The notes: a model not told the origin generated them from the letters alone. DNA of 57,893 nucleotides, filler included, from Asterionella formosa (GCA_002256025.1; 7 parts of 7 records of this genome joined end to end with filler, not necessarily neighbours in it); one strand, 5' to 3'. Shown: positions 10,300 to 22,470, counted from the whole stretch's first letter. Numbers and translations: made by a program.

Positions 10300-12800
10300 C
10301 ACAAAGCATGAGCTACTCATTTTTCTATAATTTTCACAAGCGAAATTTCCGTCAAGTATGGCTTGTCTCTTTACATTCAAATATTGTGAAATGACTGCCT
10401 CATTTGGATGGACAATGTATCTTTCTTGAGGGATAAAGTATATCTTCTAATTTCTACCTTTTCCAGAACATATAATGCCATGATCAGATACTGCTTGTAT
10501 TCCTCGTCCAAGTTCATTTGTAGATAGGGCGAAGACAATGGCAGGAATTCCATGTGGGTTGCTTACATCTCTGTAGTCCATTTTAAGCCTAAGTATAGAC
10601 CCAGTACTAGTTGCCTTTTGCCTTGACTGCATATGTCTGCCTTTCATGTATTTGCTTTGATCCTTCTGTCGTTATGCTCTAACATATTGTGCATGTTTTT
10701 GTCTTGCATTTTTCTTTGATTTCATGGGAGTTTCTTTAACTGCTCTTTCCATAGCATGTCTTGCATATCTGTTCTCATTCCCATGACATTATAATCTTGC
10801 TACCATTTTATTTAGCATTAGTTCACCATCGAAATCCACTTGCTCAGTATTCACTTGCTGTTTTATTGGAAACAGTATCATGTAGGTCACTTGGTAAGAT
10901 CAATTCAGTATTGAAATGATTAACCATTTCATTGAACATTGTTACAGCAAAGGGGCCATAGTTATGTGGAGAAATAGCTGATATGTTTACAATTTCTGGT
11001 TAAAAAATCGAACCCAGGACAAGGCAAGCAATCGGGCCACAATTGTACCCATTGCTAACCTGTGGCAATGTCAACTCCATGGAGACAGAGTCATTGGGGT
11101 CACTGGGAAAAAGGGTCAAGTCATAAATGGATTCCACAGCAGCACGGAATCTACTGCTAGCTAGCTGCCACATCCATGCGCTCTTGGATAGTTGTGCACC
11201 TGTGGATGCTGTCTGTGGTGTTTGGCATGATGGGATCAAAATCAATCTAAAAAAGGTTTCATATGCAGAAACATCATTTTTGGCCCAACCACATTGTCGG
11301 TTCAGAAATGAATTAAATTCTCCAAGGTAGTTGGTCCATTCTGGACGGAGTTTTCCCTTTTGAACTTCACTTGCAAGTACACTGTTCATTACACGTTTCA
11401 CAAGTCTGTTGATGATATCGACTGAACCCTGATCACTGGGCTTTCGGGGCCTACCAGTGACTGTCAGTATTGTTTGATTCCACCTTTTCAAATACCCACA
11501 ACTTGTTCAGCTGTGAACTCAGAACAATTATCTGTGTGAAAGATATGCGGATATCCAACCAATCCAAAGAGAGAGTTTAACTCAAAGCAGACATACTTTG
11601 CATTTTTGTTTGGAATAGCTCTTAAATAGCATAAGACAGTGAAGTGATTCCCCTTCACAGCCATAATCCATTGCATTACGTGACCATAAACATTGCGTCA
11701 TTCATTGGCACGATAATCAATTAAGTCAATTTGCATGCAATCACGGAATTCACCAGAATGTATAGGACATTGGGCTCCCCTAGATTTCGGAATTTGAGGA
11801 TGCGCATGAATACACACAGGACACACACTGATAAATGCATTCACATGTTGTATTATGATATTGTAAAATGACGATTAACCTCTCTCCATGTAACAGATGA
11901 TTTCAAGTGACTAAGACTGTAGTGAGCATCACATATGGCATCAAACATTTCCTTGTATCAAAGAAGCTTGCTCCCCACATTATCTTGTCCTTCTTTCACA
12001 CTGTCTCTCTTGATAACATAGAGGCTTTTCATTAGATTGCCTTCCACATCTTTCTTTGATCTCACTGTATACTTTTTTACAAGTGAATAACCAATTTGAT
12101 GCTGTCGCCATATCTCTGGTATATCCCAGTTTTCAATAATGTACACAACTTCATTCTATTTCTCAGCAGTCATGTCACATGATCTAGTTTTTCCTGTTCC
12201 TGTTGTGTTATATGCAATTTCATTGTATTTCTCATCAGTCATGTCACATGACCCTGCTTTTCCTGTTCCTGGTGTGTTCTTTTCCCTTGTTCCCGCTATA
12301 ATTCTTGAAGCTTTTTCTTTGTTCTTGATTTAGCATTTTCGATTCTCTTTGCAGCCCATGTTGCAGTTGTTGTTCCGGCCTCCACTTTTGGAGTTTTTTC
12401 TGCTACTGTTGCCTTTTCATTCCTTGTTGCAGCCGTTGCTCCAGTTTCCGCATCAACTGGAGTTGTACCTGTGCCCGCCATTTCATTCCTTGTTGCTCCA
12501 GTTGTTCCGGTTTTGGCATTGACAGGAGTTGTACCTGTGCACGCCTTTTCATTCTTTGTTGCTGTTGCTGTCGCTGTTCCGGATTCCGCATTGACTAAAG
12601 TTGTACCTGTGTATGCCTTTTCATTCCTTGTTGCTCCAGTTGTTCTGGATTCTGCATGATTGACTGGAGTTATACCTGTGCACGCCTTTTCATTCTTTGT
12701 TGCTATCATTGCTCCGGTTTCCGCATTGACTGGAGATGTGCCTGATCCCGCCTTTTCATTGAAAATACCAAAAGCTACAGCGTTGAAATGCATGTGAAAG
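10300..12800 (-). mobile_element. Decayed Ginger/KRBA2-SCAND3-type integrase element with a Ulp1-like protease motif
   Basis: H2C2 zinc motif (DAHYSLSH...CPVC, ~11810-11940), QIDLIDY, HIFHTDNCSEF, TGRPRKPSDQGSVD.IN, then LPQVSNGYNCGPIAC (C48-like Q..GYDCG) and GSILRLKMDYRD. Many stops and frameshifts. Confidence 0.8.
12370..12760 (-). repeat. Coding tandem repeat (~66-69 bp, 22-23 aa) upstream of the integrase core
   Basis: AT(R/K)NEKA(C/Y/G)TGTTPVNAE(S/T)G repeats about 5 times in ORF 12296-12793. Confidence 0.9.
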
Positions 12801-13969
12801 GATTATCACGAAATCATTTTTATGTTTCTACATTTTGTGTGAATAATCAGCCAATGTTCCCCTTTTCTATTCTTGTCTCAATGCTCTTGATGCATGCCTC
12901 CTGCCTCCCCTCAATGGTCGTGAGGATGCATGCCTCTCTCCCATTTCTCTTCAATGCTCTTGAGGATGCATTGCATCCTGCCTTCAAATCTCTTTGATGC
13001 ATGCCTCCTGCCTCCCTTCCACTCAGATTCTGAAACTCATCTGACTTCATGCTGCGAATACCATTTCCTTTTGATCCGATTCTGTTTTATCTATTTTGAT
13101 TTCCTAATCATAAAAACAATGAGAAGGAATTACTCGCTCGTTAGCCATGTCTTGTTTATATCTCAACACTGCAGTCCCGTTTAAGCATGCTCCACTTACA
13201 GGAAATCGATGATCTTTTCGCATAATTCTGTAAATTAATGTGTCAGTCAATGATCACATAATTACAAATCATTAAACCGTTCCACCAATGTCATTTATAA
13301 CTTACAACAAAAATCTTTGATTAAAATTATCCTGAAAGATTGAAAAACAAAAATGTGTCAGTGATGTTCTAACAGCGGCTCATTGATCCAACAAGAGCAT
13401 TTACAAGTTTTTGGTCGACATTGGTGGTATCCCGCTGAATGCAAAATGTGCTTTTGAATTGCTAGGGAAGGAGGCAATCATTTAGTCTTTGTGAACCCAA
13501 CAATTGATCACCTTGGCATGTACTCTTGACATACCAGAGCTAGATTCCATTCACTCTTCCATTTTCAATCCTTCTAAGCCGCAAGGTTTATCATCATTGT
13601 GTGCGTTGAAGTGTCGTTCTTTCAGTTTTCCTTGTCACTGCAGGGCAGAGATTATCTTTCATTTCAAGATAACATGATTTCAAATGTATACATTTATAAA
13701 AATTTGAAAACGTATAAATATATACACATAATGTTTATACTATTATCAATTAAGCTTATACATATTCAAATATATACAATGCATGTGGATATCATTGTTT
13801 CCATGACCTGATGTACTGTCTTTAAATTTTTTCACATCAATTCTTGTACCTCCAAGTAAGTAATTTAATTAAGCCCCTCAATTAGCGGGAGTCATACGAA
13901 ATTTTTCATATGGTACAAATTGTTACATATTTACCGGTAGATGAATCGCTCGAATCAATCTTTATGATT

Positions 13970-14284
13970 TACAGATCATACCTTGTCCTGGTTAGAAATG
14001 ATTGCCAATAAATAAGATCACAGATGACAATTTTTAGCTTTTTTGATCTTACTTTTAACATGAATATATCTTACTACTAAAAATTACAGATCATACTTTC
14101 CAATTAGATATGATTGCCAATAAATAAGATCACAGATAACAATTTTTAGCTTTTTTGATCTTACTTTTAACATGAATATATCTTACTACTAAAAAATTAC
14201 AGATCATACTTTCTGGTTAGATATGACTGCCAATGAATAAGATCACAGATAACAACTTTTAGCTCGTTTGATCTTACTTTTAAC
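13970..14284. repeat. Tandem repeat, ~114 bp unit x ~2.7
   Basis: acagatcatac...tgccaat(a/g)aataagatcacagat...tttagct..tttgatcttacttttaac starts at ~13971, ~14086 and ~14199. Confidence 0.95.
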
Positions 14285-14288
14285 CTAA

Positions 14289-14520
14289 GTACAAGGTGAC
14301 AATAGATATCAATGTCACCTTGTTTGTACGAGAACAACGTGTTATTCTTGCGTCCCCTCCATCACCAATAGACAATACGACTGTCGTCACCTGGTCTGTA
14401 CAAGAACGTGTTGTAGCCTGAGTACGAGGTGACAATAGATACCAATGTCACCTTGTTTGTACGAGAGAGTGTTATTGCGTCCCCTTCATCACCAACAGAT
14501 ACCAATGCCACATTGTTGTA
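14289..14520. repeat. ~133 bp tandem repeat containing an 11-bp-stem hairpin
   Basis: acaaggtgaca-atagatatcaa-tgtcaccttgt at 14291-14323, with a near-identical copy at 14424-14456. Confidence 0.85.
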
Positions 14521-14597
14521 CGACTACGTGATATTTCGTACCCCCAATCACCTCTAGATACCGGCATACCAAAGTCACTCCCTAACCCTATTCCTAT

Positions 14598-14856
14598 CAT
14601 GGGCATGATTCAAATTCAAATCAATAGTACACTTAGTACGTTTACCTACAAATATCTGTGCAACATACCGGTATATAGGTGTCACTATGATGGACATGAT
14701 TTGAATTCAAATCAATCGTATGCATACTGCTGGTACGTACGTTTACATGCAGAAAAATTTGTGCTATATACCGGTAGGTATCCCGATGATGGGCATGATT
14801 AAAACTAAAATCAATCGTGTACATATGTTTACATACAAAAAATCTGTGCAACATAT
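14598..14856. repeat. Degenerate tandem repeat, ~90-100 bp x 3
   Basis: atgg(g/a)catgatt..aa.t.aaatcaat starts at ~14599, ~14690 and ~14789, each followed by tttac..caaa...tgtgc. Confidence 0.8.
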
Positions 14857-15542
14857 TAGTACTACCAGGGTACCAGGTAGTACAATAGATGATACAGTAG
14901 TACCTGGTACTAGTACTCACACACAAGTAGACTCGAACGTGAATATGCACATACCGGTATGAATATCTATCATGTCTTCTAAGCTATAGAATGCTACAGT
15001 AGCTATGTACACATACCCATGTACGACTGTCCTACTCATGCAACACGCATTCAGAATGCGGTTGTTGATGTTTGCAGCCAGTGATGGTATACATGTTAAA
15101 ATTCATGTATGATAAATATTATTCATATTAGATGATAATCGAATTTATATGATCATATGATCGCCATTATAAGATTCATCACACGAATTAGATGTTTTCT
15201 ATTTGCAGACGGTGAGCAATCAAAAGATTTAGTTGTGCATTGACTTCTATTGAAGATTCACTGCAAGTAGTTATTTGACAGGAGAGATTGCTATCACTTG
15301 CTCGTCCTGCTGCTATCTAAATAAATCTAAGTTTTGATAGAGAAAAGAGGTTTTGGGTGAAATAAAAATTACCCTAAAATTAGATAGGAGGAATCACGAG
15401 ACCTGCGTCAGAAATTTATTTACTTACAGCTAATTTATTTTAAGGAACAAAATTACTCACCGGGTTTTGAGTTCTCATATCATTTCTGCTGAATAAAAAA
15501 ATTCAGCTGAAATGACGTAACAAATCGTTGCATCTTTTCCAA

Positions 15543-15843
15543 TGTTAAAGTATTACCTTTTTGATAGATCTATATTGTTAGACAAAGAAGACTATAGATA
15601 GAGACATTCGTTTCTCTTTGCGTTTCTATATTCTTATTGTGAGTTTACTAATCTAGTTTAGGTTGTTCTGTTTGAACAAACAAACAAACTATTCTCCAAA
15701 TGCTGTTTGCATTTCTAGAAACATACAATCATAGATAGACCCATGTCTATCTCACACTTACTGATCATAGGTTATTAACCATGATCATTCATTTTCAAAC
15801 TATCGGTCTTCCGAAATAGCTTATATTGTCTGGCTCATTGTAG
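15543..15843 (-). repeat. Inverted copy of 834-1144, possibly the end of a non-autonomous Crypton-like element
   Basis: Colinear reverse-complement match over ~300 bp. Confidence 0.9.
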
Positions 15844-16111
15844 GCGGAGTAACAAGGTATAATGTGTGGTTGGTGAGAGCATGGTACATCAAAGTTGACT
15901 CATTCGAATCGTTTGACTCGTTTGACCCCGAGTCCTAACTACGTAGATGAGGTGCTCACTTTAACAGTCCGACACTATCGCCTATTCTTGTTTTTTAGCT
16001 TCACCTCAATCCCAATCGACTCGAGATCTTGACATCCTCTTCTTAGGCTTCATCCATTAGCTCTACAATCGATTGCAGGAGACGACGAGATCTGAACTTT
16101 TTTGTTAATTG

Positions 16112-16482
16112 ATGCATCCTGTTTTAGCGAGCATGTCTGAGAAATATTCGGTAATACCGGCTGTACATTACCAGTTACACGAAGTACTCAATCGGTTGAT
16201 TCCGAATATATTGATGATTGAAAGCTATCTATGGTTTTTGGTTCTGTTGTCCTTCTACGCGATGCAGGTAAAGCAGTTGTCGGTGACGAATGTCATAACC
16301 ATCTTTTTATTATTCGGAAACTTGTTTTTGCACTTTTCAATGTTTCAAATGAACCCAACAATTAAAGCCACTTGGAGGTCCCCAAGCAGCGCATCTCAAG
16401 GAGATGCTCAGGGAATCATCATGAGCGCTGTGTTGCCACCACTGGTCATGTTGGTCATGCAGGAACCCGGACCTTTTACAGC
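16112..16482 (+). CDS. Membrane protein N-terminus, probably the N-terminal part of dolichol kinase, truncated by a gap
   Basis: Hydrophobic helices followed by WRSPSSASQGDAQGIIMSAVLPPL, which resembles the N-terminal R....SGI..GAV.LP motif of eukaryotic dolichol kinases. Confidence 0.55.
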
Positions 16483-17817
16483 NNNNNNNNNNNNNNNNNN
16501 NNNNNNNNNNNNNNNNNNNNNNNNNNTTAATTAATTAANNNNNNNNNNNNNNNNNNNNNNNNNNNNNNNNNNNNNNNNNNNNACCAATCATTGCAATGAG
16601 AGCATTGTTGAACATTTTGTACCCACTCAAGATATTGGATATAGAAACATAGAACCATTTTTAAATATAGTTCTAAATTTCGATGCATTTCATTCTATTT
16701 TAGATAGTGATTTCGATGAGAATTACGATCATGTTAAGATAGATGTATGACAAAAGTATACACATCATAGGCCCAAATTTAACTAATTGTATGATGCAAT
16801 GGTATTATAACTATGATAATATCATCATACTTCAAGCTCGGTAAAAGTTTTCAGCATTATCATAATTATATGATACATTGATCATATTTTTGATGCAAAA
16901 ACTATCATATATGTAAAAATCCTGTGCCACTTAGCGTACAATATCCTAGATCCTGTATGCATGACAGTTTTTATTTGTAGACGTGTGTGCAACTTGTTCT
17001 CTTAGGTTGACACTGAAGTATTCAAATAGGGGTTAGTCGAGATCTCTGCTGATAGAGTTTGGTTAAATCTATGTAAGCCTAAACCTATAGGTGTGTCTGT
17101 TGCTGAGCAAGATCACTCCCTCTCCCACACCAAGGGAAAACCTCTCACCTATGAAAAGTTTGGATATGACGAATTTCAATTCATTCAGTGGTAGCTTTGG
17201 TGATGGAGGAGTGATTACGTGTTCATCACGCAATCTTGCTACCGGTACCGGAATGTAAGTTGACAAAAGAAATACGAGAAAACATGGAAAACGAGGTAAT
17301 ATTTTCAAAATTAAATAGTATAAATACATGAGGAAAAATACATGAATGGGTTAAGACCACTAAAATGCAAAATGAATGACTTATAAAGTTCGATATCAAA
17401 ACAAAGTAAACCTTAAATTGTCAAAGTGATTCAACCAGCTAGTTAGTAAATAAGTCGTTTTTGACTGGTATACGTAAGAGTACTGCATGTATATACTAGC
17501 TAAGATACGACAAGCTGGTCTATCTGGTCACATATTTCTTTGTCGCCCGCATCCAGCGCTGGCCGGTTAATTGTATAGGAAGAAGATTTGTTCTTCGAGG
17601 TTCCATTGAGTTGAGTTACTCGGACGCGATGTAGCAGGTACCTGGTACCATGTAACAACAGCACTACCGTATGTACTTAATTCTCCTGAACCAGAAATGG
17701 GATGCGAACCCCAACGAAAACCACGCCAGATTTGACAGCATAAAATTGCTTTTCCAAATGACATTGATGTTCATTTGGAACACATTCTGAACTTCTTAAA
17801 ACACCGATAATTCCAAG

Positions 17818-18483
17818 ATGACGAGTGAAGCAACACCTGAGACTATTGCTCTATTCGGATTGACGGGTAGTACTGGCAGCCACTTTGTTAAGCTCGCACT
17901 TGAGAAAGGCTACAAGGTAAAGGCCTTAGTGCGATCACCTGAGAAGGTCGAAATCAAGAACGACAACCTTGAGATAATCAAAGGTTCCTTCACAGAAGAA
18001 GAGTATATCAAGAATACAGTTGCTGGGACTGATTATGTTGTCTGTATGGCCGGAGGCAAGCTTGGAGATGCAAAGGCCTATCCTAAGGATTTGATGCTCA
18101 ACTTTGTCAACACGCTTGTTCCTCTCATGGAAGCCGAAAACACGAAAGCATTTCTCTATCAAGCTGGTGCCTTTTCCCATGATTTCAAAGGTAAAATTCC
18201 TATGGTGATGAAATTCCTCCGAGGCTCCGCTGGTCGAATGATTGGTATTCTTCCTAATGTCAAGGACAATGACAAGGTGATTCAGTTCCTTGGTTCGCCT
18301 GACATCAAAACTCCTGTTATTATCACTCTACCTGGGGGGATATCTGAGAAGCCTTCCATGAAAGAACTTCATCTTTCTAGCAAACCTAACATGGGAATGA
18401 TCACTTTTTATGATCTTGCCAAGTGCTCGTTGGCAGCAATCAAGGACGAGAGCGCTTATGGCAAGTGTCACTATGTTGCTTAA
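17818..18483 (+). CDS. NAD(P)H-binding Rossmann-fold protein (flavin reductase / biliverdin reductase B-like atypical SDR)
   Basis: Intact 221-aa ORF with IALFGLTGSTG...ALEKGYKVKALVRSPEK. Confidence 0.9.
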   Translation: MTSEATPETIALFGLTGSTGSHFVKLALEKGYKVKALVRSPEKVEIKNDNLEIIKGSFTEEEYIKNTVAGTDYVVCMAGGKLGDAKAYPKDLMLNFVNTLVPLMEAENTKAFLYQAGAFSHDFKGKIPMVMKFLRGSAGRMIGILPNVKDNDKVIQFLGSPDIKTPVIITLPGGISEKPSMKELHLSSKPNMGMITFYDLAKCSLAAIKDESAYGKCHYVA

Positions 18484-18664
18484 CTTTCAACATCGTTTCC
18501 TTGCATTTATGTTGTGTAAAGGTGTGGTGGAAAATGAATCGTAAGGTTGCTGCTTTCAGTATTTATGATAGCTTTTTCAATCTAATTTCCCAGTGAATTC
18601 AGGGTATGCAATGTGGCATGCGTAAGCTTAATTCTTCTAGCTTCAACATGTAGAGAATGACGAA

Positions 18665-19567
18665 CTATATTTTTGTGTCTAATAGGCGTATACAGAAAAT
18701 TTCTTCCAGAGCTTCTTTCATATGCACTGCAAAGTCTGATACAGTCAAGGGTTGCAACAGAAAATCGTTGATGCAGGCTACATCTCGTCCTTCCAAACCA
18801 CAGGGTACAATTCCTTTAAAGTTTGCCAGACTCGAACGTTCGACATTGACAGCGAGCCCGTGCATGGTGATCCATCTTCTTGCTTTGATGCCAAGTGCGG
18901 CGACCTTTCGGTTGTCGATCCACACTCCAGTAACATCAGTTTGCCGCTCGGCGCCATCAATGCCAGCTTTCTTGAGCGCCAATAGCACTGCCTCCTCGAG
19001 GGCACGCATGAACCAGTGTATATCCTGATTATAGCCCCTCAAATCTAATATTGGATACACCACCAGCTGGCCTGGTCCATGATAAGTGACTTCACCTCCC
19101 CGATCCATACGTACAACGTCAATGTCTACAGACAGCACAAAAGATGGATCTGATCCCGTTCCAAGAGTGTAGACTGGCTCGTGTTGGAGCATAATAATGG
19201 AATCTCCGTGTTCAGTTCCGAATTGAGCTTTGTCTGCCTTGATTCGCTCAAAGTGCTTCTCTACGATATACTTTTGAATATCCCAAGCATCTTGAAAGGG
19301 AACAGGATTTCGAGCAGACCAGTCAAGCAAAGCCACCTTTCGACTAGGCAAATCACGCAAGTGGTCTAGTTTTTCAAAAAATCCCAGCTGCTGAGGAGAC
19401 ATACCCAGTCGTGACTGCAGACGACCTACGGGATGCCGAAGTTCCGTGATGCACATTCCTAGCACAAGAGTCTGATGGGTTAGAGCGACTGCTAATGACA
19501 TTGCAGTCCAAAAAGCCCTTTTTGACAGCCGCGGCACTAGCCCTTGCATTCTATCCTTAATATTCAT
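18665..19567 (-). CDS. LIP2: Lipoyl(octanoyl)transferase LipB/LIP2 with an organelle-targeting N-terminal extension
   Basis: Motifs LQHEPVYTLG, RGGEVTYHGPGQLVVYPILDL, KVAALG, WITMHGLAVNV and IVPCG. The exact start codon is uncertain. Confidence 0.95.
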   Translation of the reverse strand: MNIKDRMQGLVPRLSKRAFWTAMSLAVALTHQTLVLGMCITELRHPVGRLQSRLGMSPQQLGFFEKLDHLRDLPSRKVALLDWSARNPVPFQDAWDIQKYIVEKHFERIKADKAQFGTEHGDSIIMLQHEPVYTLGTGSDPSFVLSVDIDVVRMDRGGEVTYHGPGQLVVYPILDLRGYNQDIHWFMRALEEAVLLALKKAGIDGAERQTDVTGVWIDNRKVAALGIKARRWITMHGLAVNVERSSLANFKGIVPCGLEGRDVACINDFLLQPLTVSDFAVHMKEALEEIFCIRLLDTKI

Positions 19568-19974
19568 GACTTCGGAAGGATGTCAATCCATAATTTGCAT
19601 ACAATTAGACCAGGATGGTACCAGGGTACATGCCAACAATTCAACCTCCAGTGCAGCCTTATATGACCGTAGTGAAAGCTAGTACAATAGCAGCCAACTA
19701 CCACAGTGCACACAGCTAGCGAAACAGAATGCATGTACCAGTATGCATACCGGTACAGCCCGGATGTCATAATGTCAGTACCTGGTGGTACGTACCTACC
19801 ACCTGAGGTACATATGATTAGTTTATGATAAATACCGGTATACGGGTTTATACCGGTGTGTGTAAAAGAAATACTCGGAGTACAAGAGAGAATGGAAAAT
19901 ATTGCGTATCCATACTGGGGAGCATACTGTAAATACCGGTATACATGGCCAGTTACTTATACCTACCAGTAGTC

Positions 19975-20592
19975 TGTTAAATTCTTCTGCAGTCTGACTG
20001 CAACACTAGCTCTTTCTAGACAAGCTCAGTGTATTAAAACCTTCTACTCTAATCCCACCTTATTGTGAGCTTATTTGATCTATCTTGTATAATCGTTCAC
20101 ATGACCAATTATGGTTCTCTTCCCAAATTTGTATATAGATTTTCATTGTGTTGTTAGAAATTCAATTCTCAACTGCCAACTCNNNNNNNNNNNNNNNNNN
20201 NNNNNNNNNNNNNNNNNNNNNNNNNNNNNNNNNNNNNNNNNNNNNNNNNNNNNNNNNNNNNNNNNNNNNNNNNNNNNNNNNNNNNNNNNNNNNNNNNNNN
20301 NNNNNNNNNNNNNNNNNNNNNNNNNNNNNNNNNNNNNNNNNNNNNNNNNNNATATTGTGGATATTCAATGCAATCTGCATTGCATATATGCCTTCCTTCA
20401 TTGAAATATTGATTACTTAGAACATTCTACATTCGAATATTTACCTTGCTTGGTTTGCTGTTTAGTTCTTGGCAATCAATGCTGTTCAAATTCTCACATC
20501 ATTTGGCTTCAATACAGTATTTTGGCTTGGAATATTATACAAGATTGATTAGTTCGGCTGAAATAATATGCACACAGTACTAGATCTTGAAA
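19975..20592 (-). repeat. 3' LTR of a Copia element (contains a gap; the left boundary is tentative)
   Basis: Preceded on the minus strand by a polypurine tract GGGGAGGA (20593-20600). 20463-20592 matches 24875-24998. Confidence 0.7.
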
Positions 20593-20599
20593 TCCTCCC

Positions 20600-21265
20600 C
20601 AAATCATTTCCATCAATCCATTGTCCCATTGCAAATATCATATGCGTGCGACTCATGCACCTTCTGAGTTACATTCTTTGAAAGCAGACCAGGTCACTAG
20701 GGTTTTCACATGTCTGTACATAGACCACAACAATATATCCATCTTCAGTCTTCTCACATATAAAATGACATCTGACGTCAATATGCTTTCTCTTTGTTGA
20801 TCCAACTTGTTGGTTTTTCCTTAGGAAGATCGCTCCAGTGTTATCCTCCGCGATTATTGCTGGCGATTCCACATAGTAGGCCTCATCCAATAGATTTGTA
20901 ACAAATGTAGTATCCTTGACTCCATCACTTAGGCTGACATACTCAGCTTCCATGCTTGATGTAGTTTCAATGTTCTGTTCTTTGGATGACCAAGTCACCA
21001 AGGAGCTCTTGCTCCAATAGTTCCGAGATATGCACTTGTACTTTTGTGAGTATCAGGTTTAATTGCAAATGCACTGTCAATAACATCCATTGGACGTATT
21101 TTGGGGGGGGGGTTCGCATCTTCATACGTAGATGCTTCTTGTCTGCGTATAAGAATCCCAACTGATGTTCAACCGCCTTCCAATGAGACTCTCCTGGATT
21201 CTCCAGATGCTGACAATTTTCGACAAGCATTGGCACAAATTAGAGATATCATCCTCTTCACACCC
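20600..21265 (-). mobile_element. Ty1/Copia pol remnant (end of RT plus RNase H)
   Basis: DISN, HLENPGESHWKAV, VTWSSKEQ....SSMEAEYVSLS, EDNTGAI, KHIDVRCHF and VQTCENPSD, all frameshifted. Confidence 0.93.
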
Positions 21266-21276
21266 CCGATTACCTG

Positions 21277-21976
21277 ATGGATGGAGATGATGATGACTTA
21301 GGTGCTGGTCTGATAGATTCTGTTGTCCTTCCAAGAAAAACAACAATTTCCAGTAATGGAAAGATTATAAACAATAATAATTCGTCAAGGATTGGTCATG
21401 AAGAGAAACATCCAGATGAAAATAAAGGAATCTTTGTTTGTGCTACCACTGAAGATCAACCTGTTTTCGAAAATAAAATTTCTGTTCAGGTTATTGTGGA
21501 AGAGATCAAGTTGTTGACGAACAAAAATGCCATAATCAGCCAGACCATGTTGGACCTTTCCTAATTCGTTATGCCTGATGACCGGGATAATCGAAATGGT
21601 ATTTTTATTGAATCATATGAAGCTGAAAAAGATTCTGTCAATAATTCCATCATGGAGAATCCCGAGGGCAGTTCATATGTAGAATAAAAATGCATGTCAA
21701 TTATGTCAACTCATGTCTCCCATTCCAACCTTCATGTATGTGAACATTCCCAAAACAAAGCCACAATTCGAGTGATGGGAAGTACTTTATTCTCGAACTT
21801 CCCAAGAAGTCTGTACTTATGCTGCAAAGACTTGTAACTTGCTACATTTCAAAAAAGAAATTGAGGAGTTTAAATCTCTTGCATATTGGGATTTTCAAAC
21901 AATTCAAAATCTCATTCAATTCATAACTCATGAACTCAATCCATCCAATGTGAGTGTTATTGTGGATGTTGATGAC
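21277..21976 (+). pseudogene. Unknown cassette gene A, copy 2 (5'-truncated)
   Basis: IMENPEGSS...NACQLCQ...IPKTKPQFE*WEVLYSR...TYA aligns with the C-terminus of copy 1. Confidence 0.6.
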
Positions 21977-22470
21977 NNNNNNNNNNNNNNNNNNNNNNNN
22001 NNNNNNNNNNNNNNNNNNNNNNNNNNNNNNNNNNNNNNNNNNNNNNNNNNNNNNNNNNNNNNNNNNNNNNNNNNNNNNNNNNNNNNNNNNNNNNNNNNNN
22101 NNNNNNNNNNNNNNNNNNNNNNNNNNNNNNNNNNNNNNNNNNNNNNNNNNNNNNNNNNNNNNNNNNNNNNNNNNNNNNNNNNNNNNNNNNNNNNNNNNNN
22201 NNNNNNNNNNNNNNNNNNNNNNNNNNNNNNNNNNNNNNNNNNNNNNNNNNNNNNNNNNNNNNNNNNNNNNNNNNNNNNNNNNNNNNNNNNNNNNNNNNNN
22301 NNNNNNNNNNNNNNNNNNNNNNNNNNNNNNNNNNNNNNNNNNNNNNNNNNNNNNNNNNNNNNNNNNNNNNNNNNNNNNNNNNNNNNNNNNNNNNNNNNNN
22401 NNNNNNNNNNNNNNNNNNNNNNNNNNNNNNNNNNNNNNNNNNNNNNNNNNNNNNNNNNNNNNNNNNNNNN

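Noticed and set aside
14598..14856. Repeat-spacer appearance suggesting a CRISPR array (also 33276-33422)
   Set aside because: The spacers at 14598-14856 are similar to each other, 33276-33422 has only two copies, there are no cas genes, and the context is eukaryotic.
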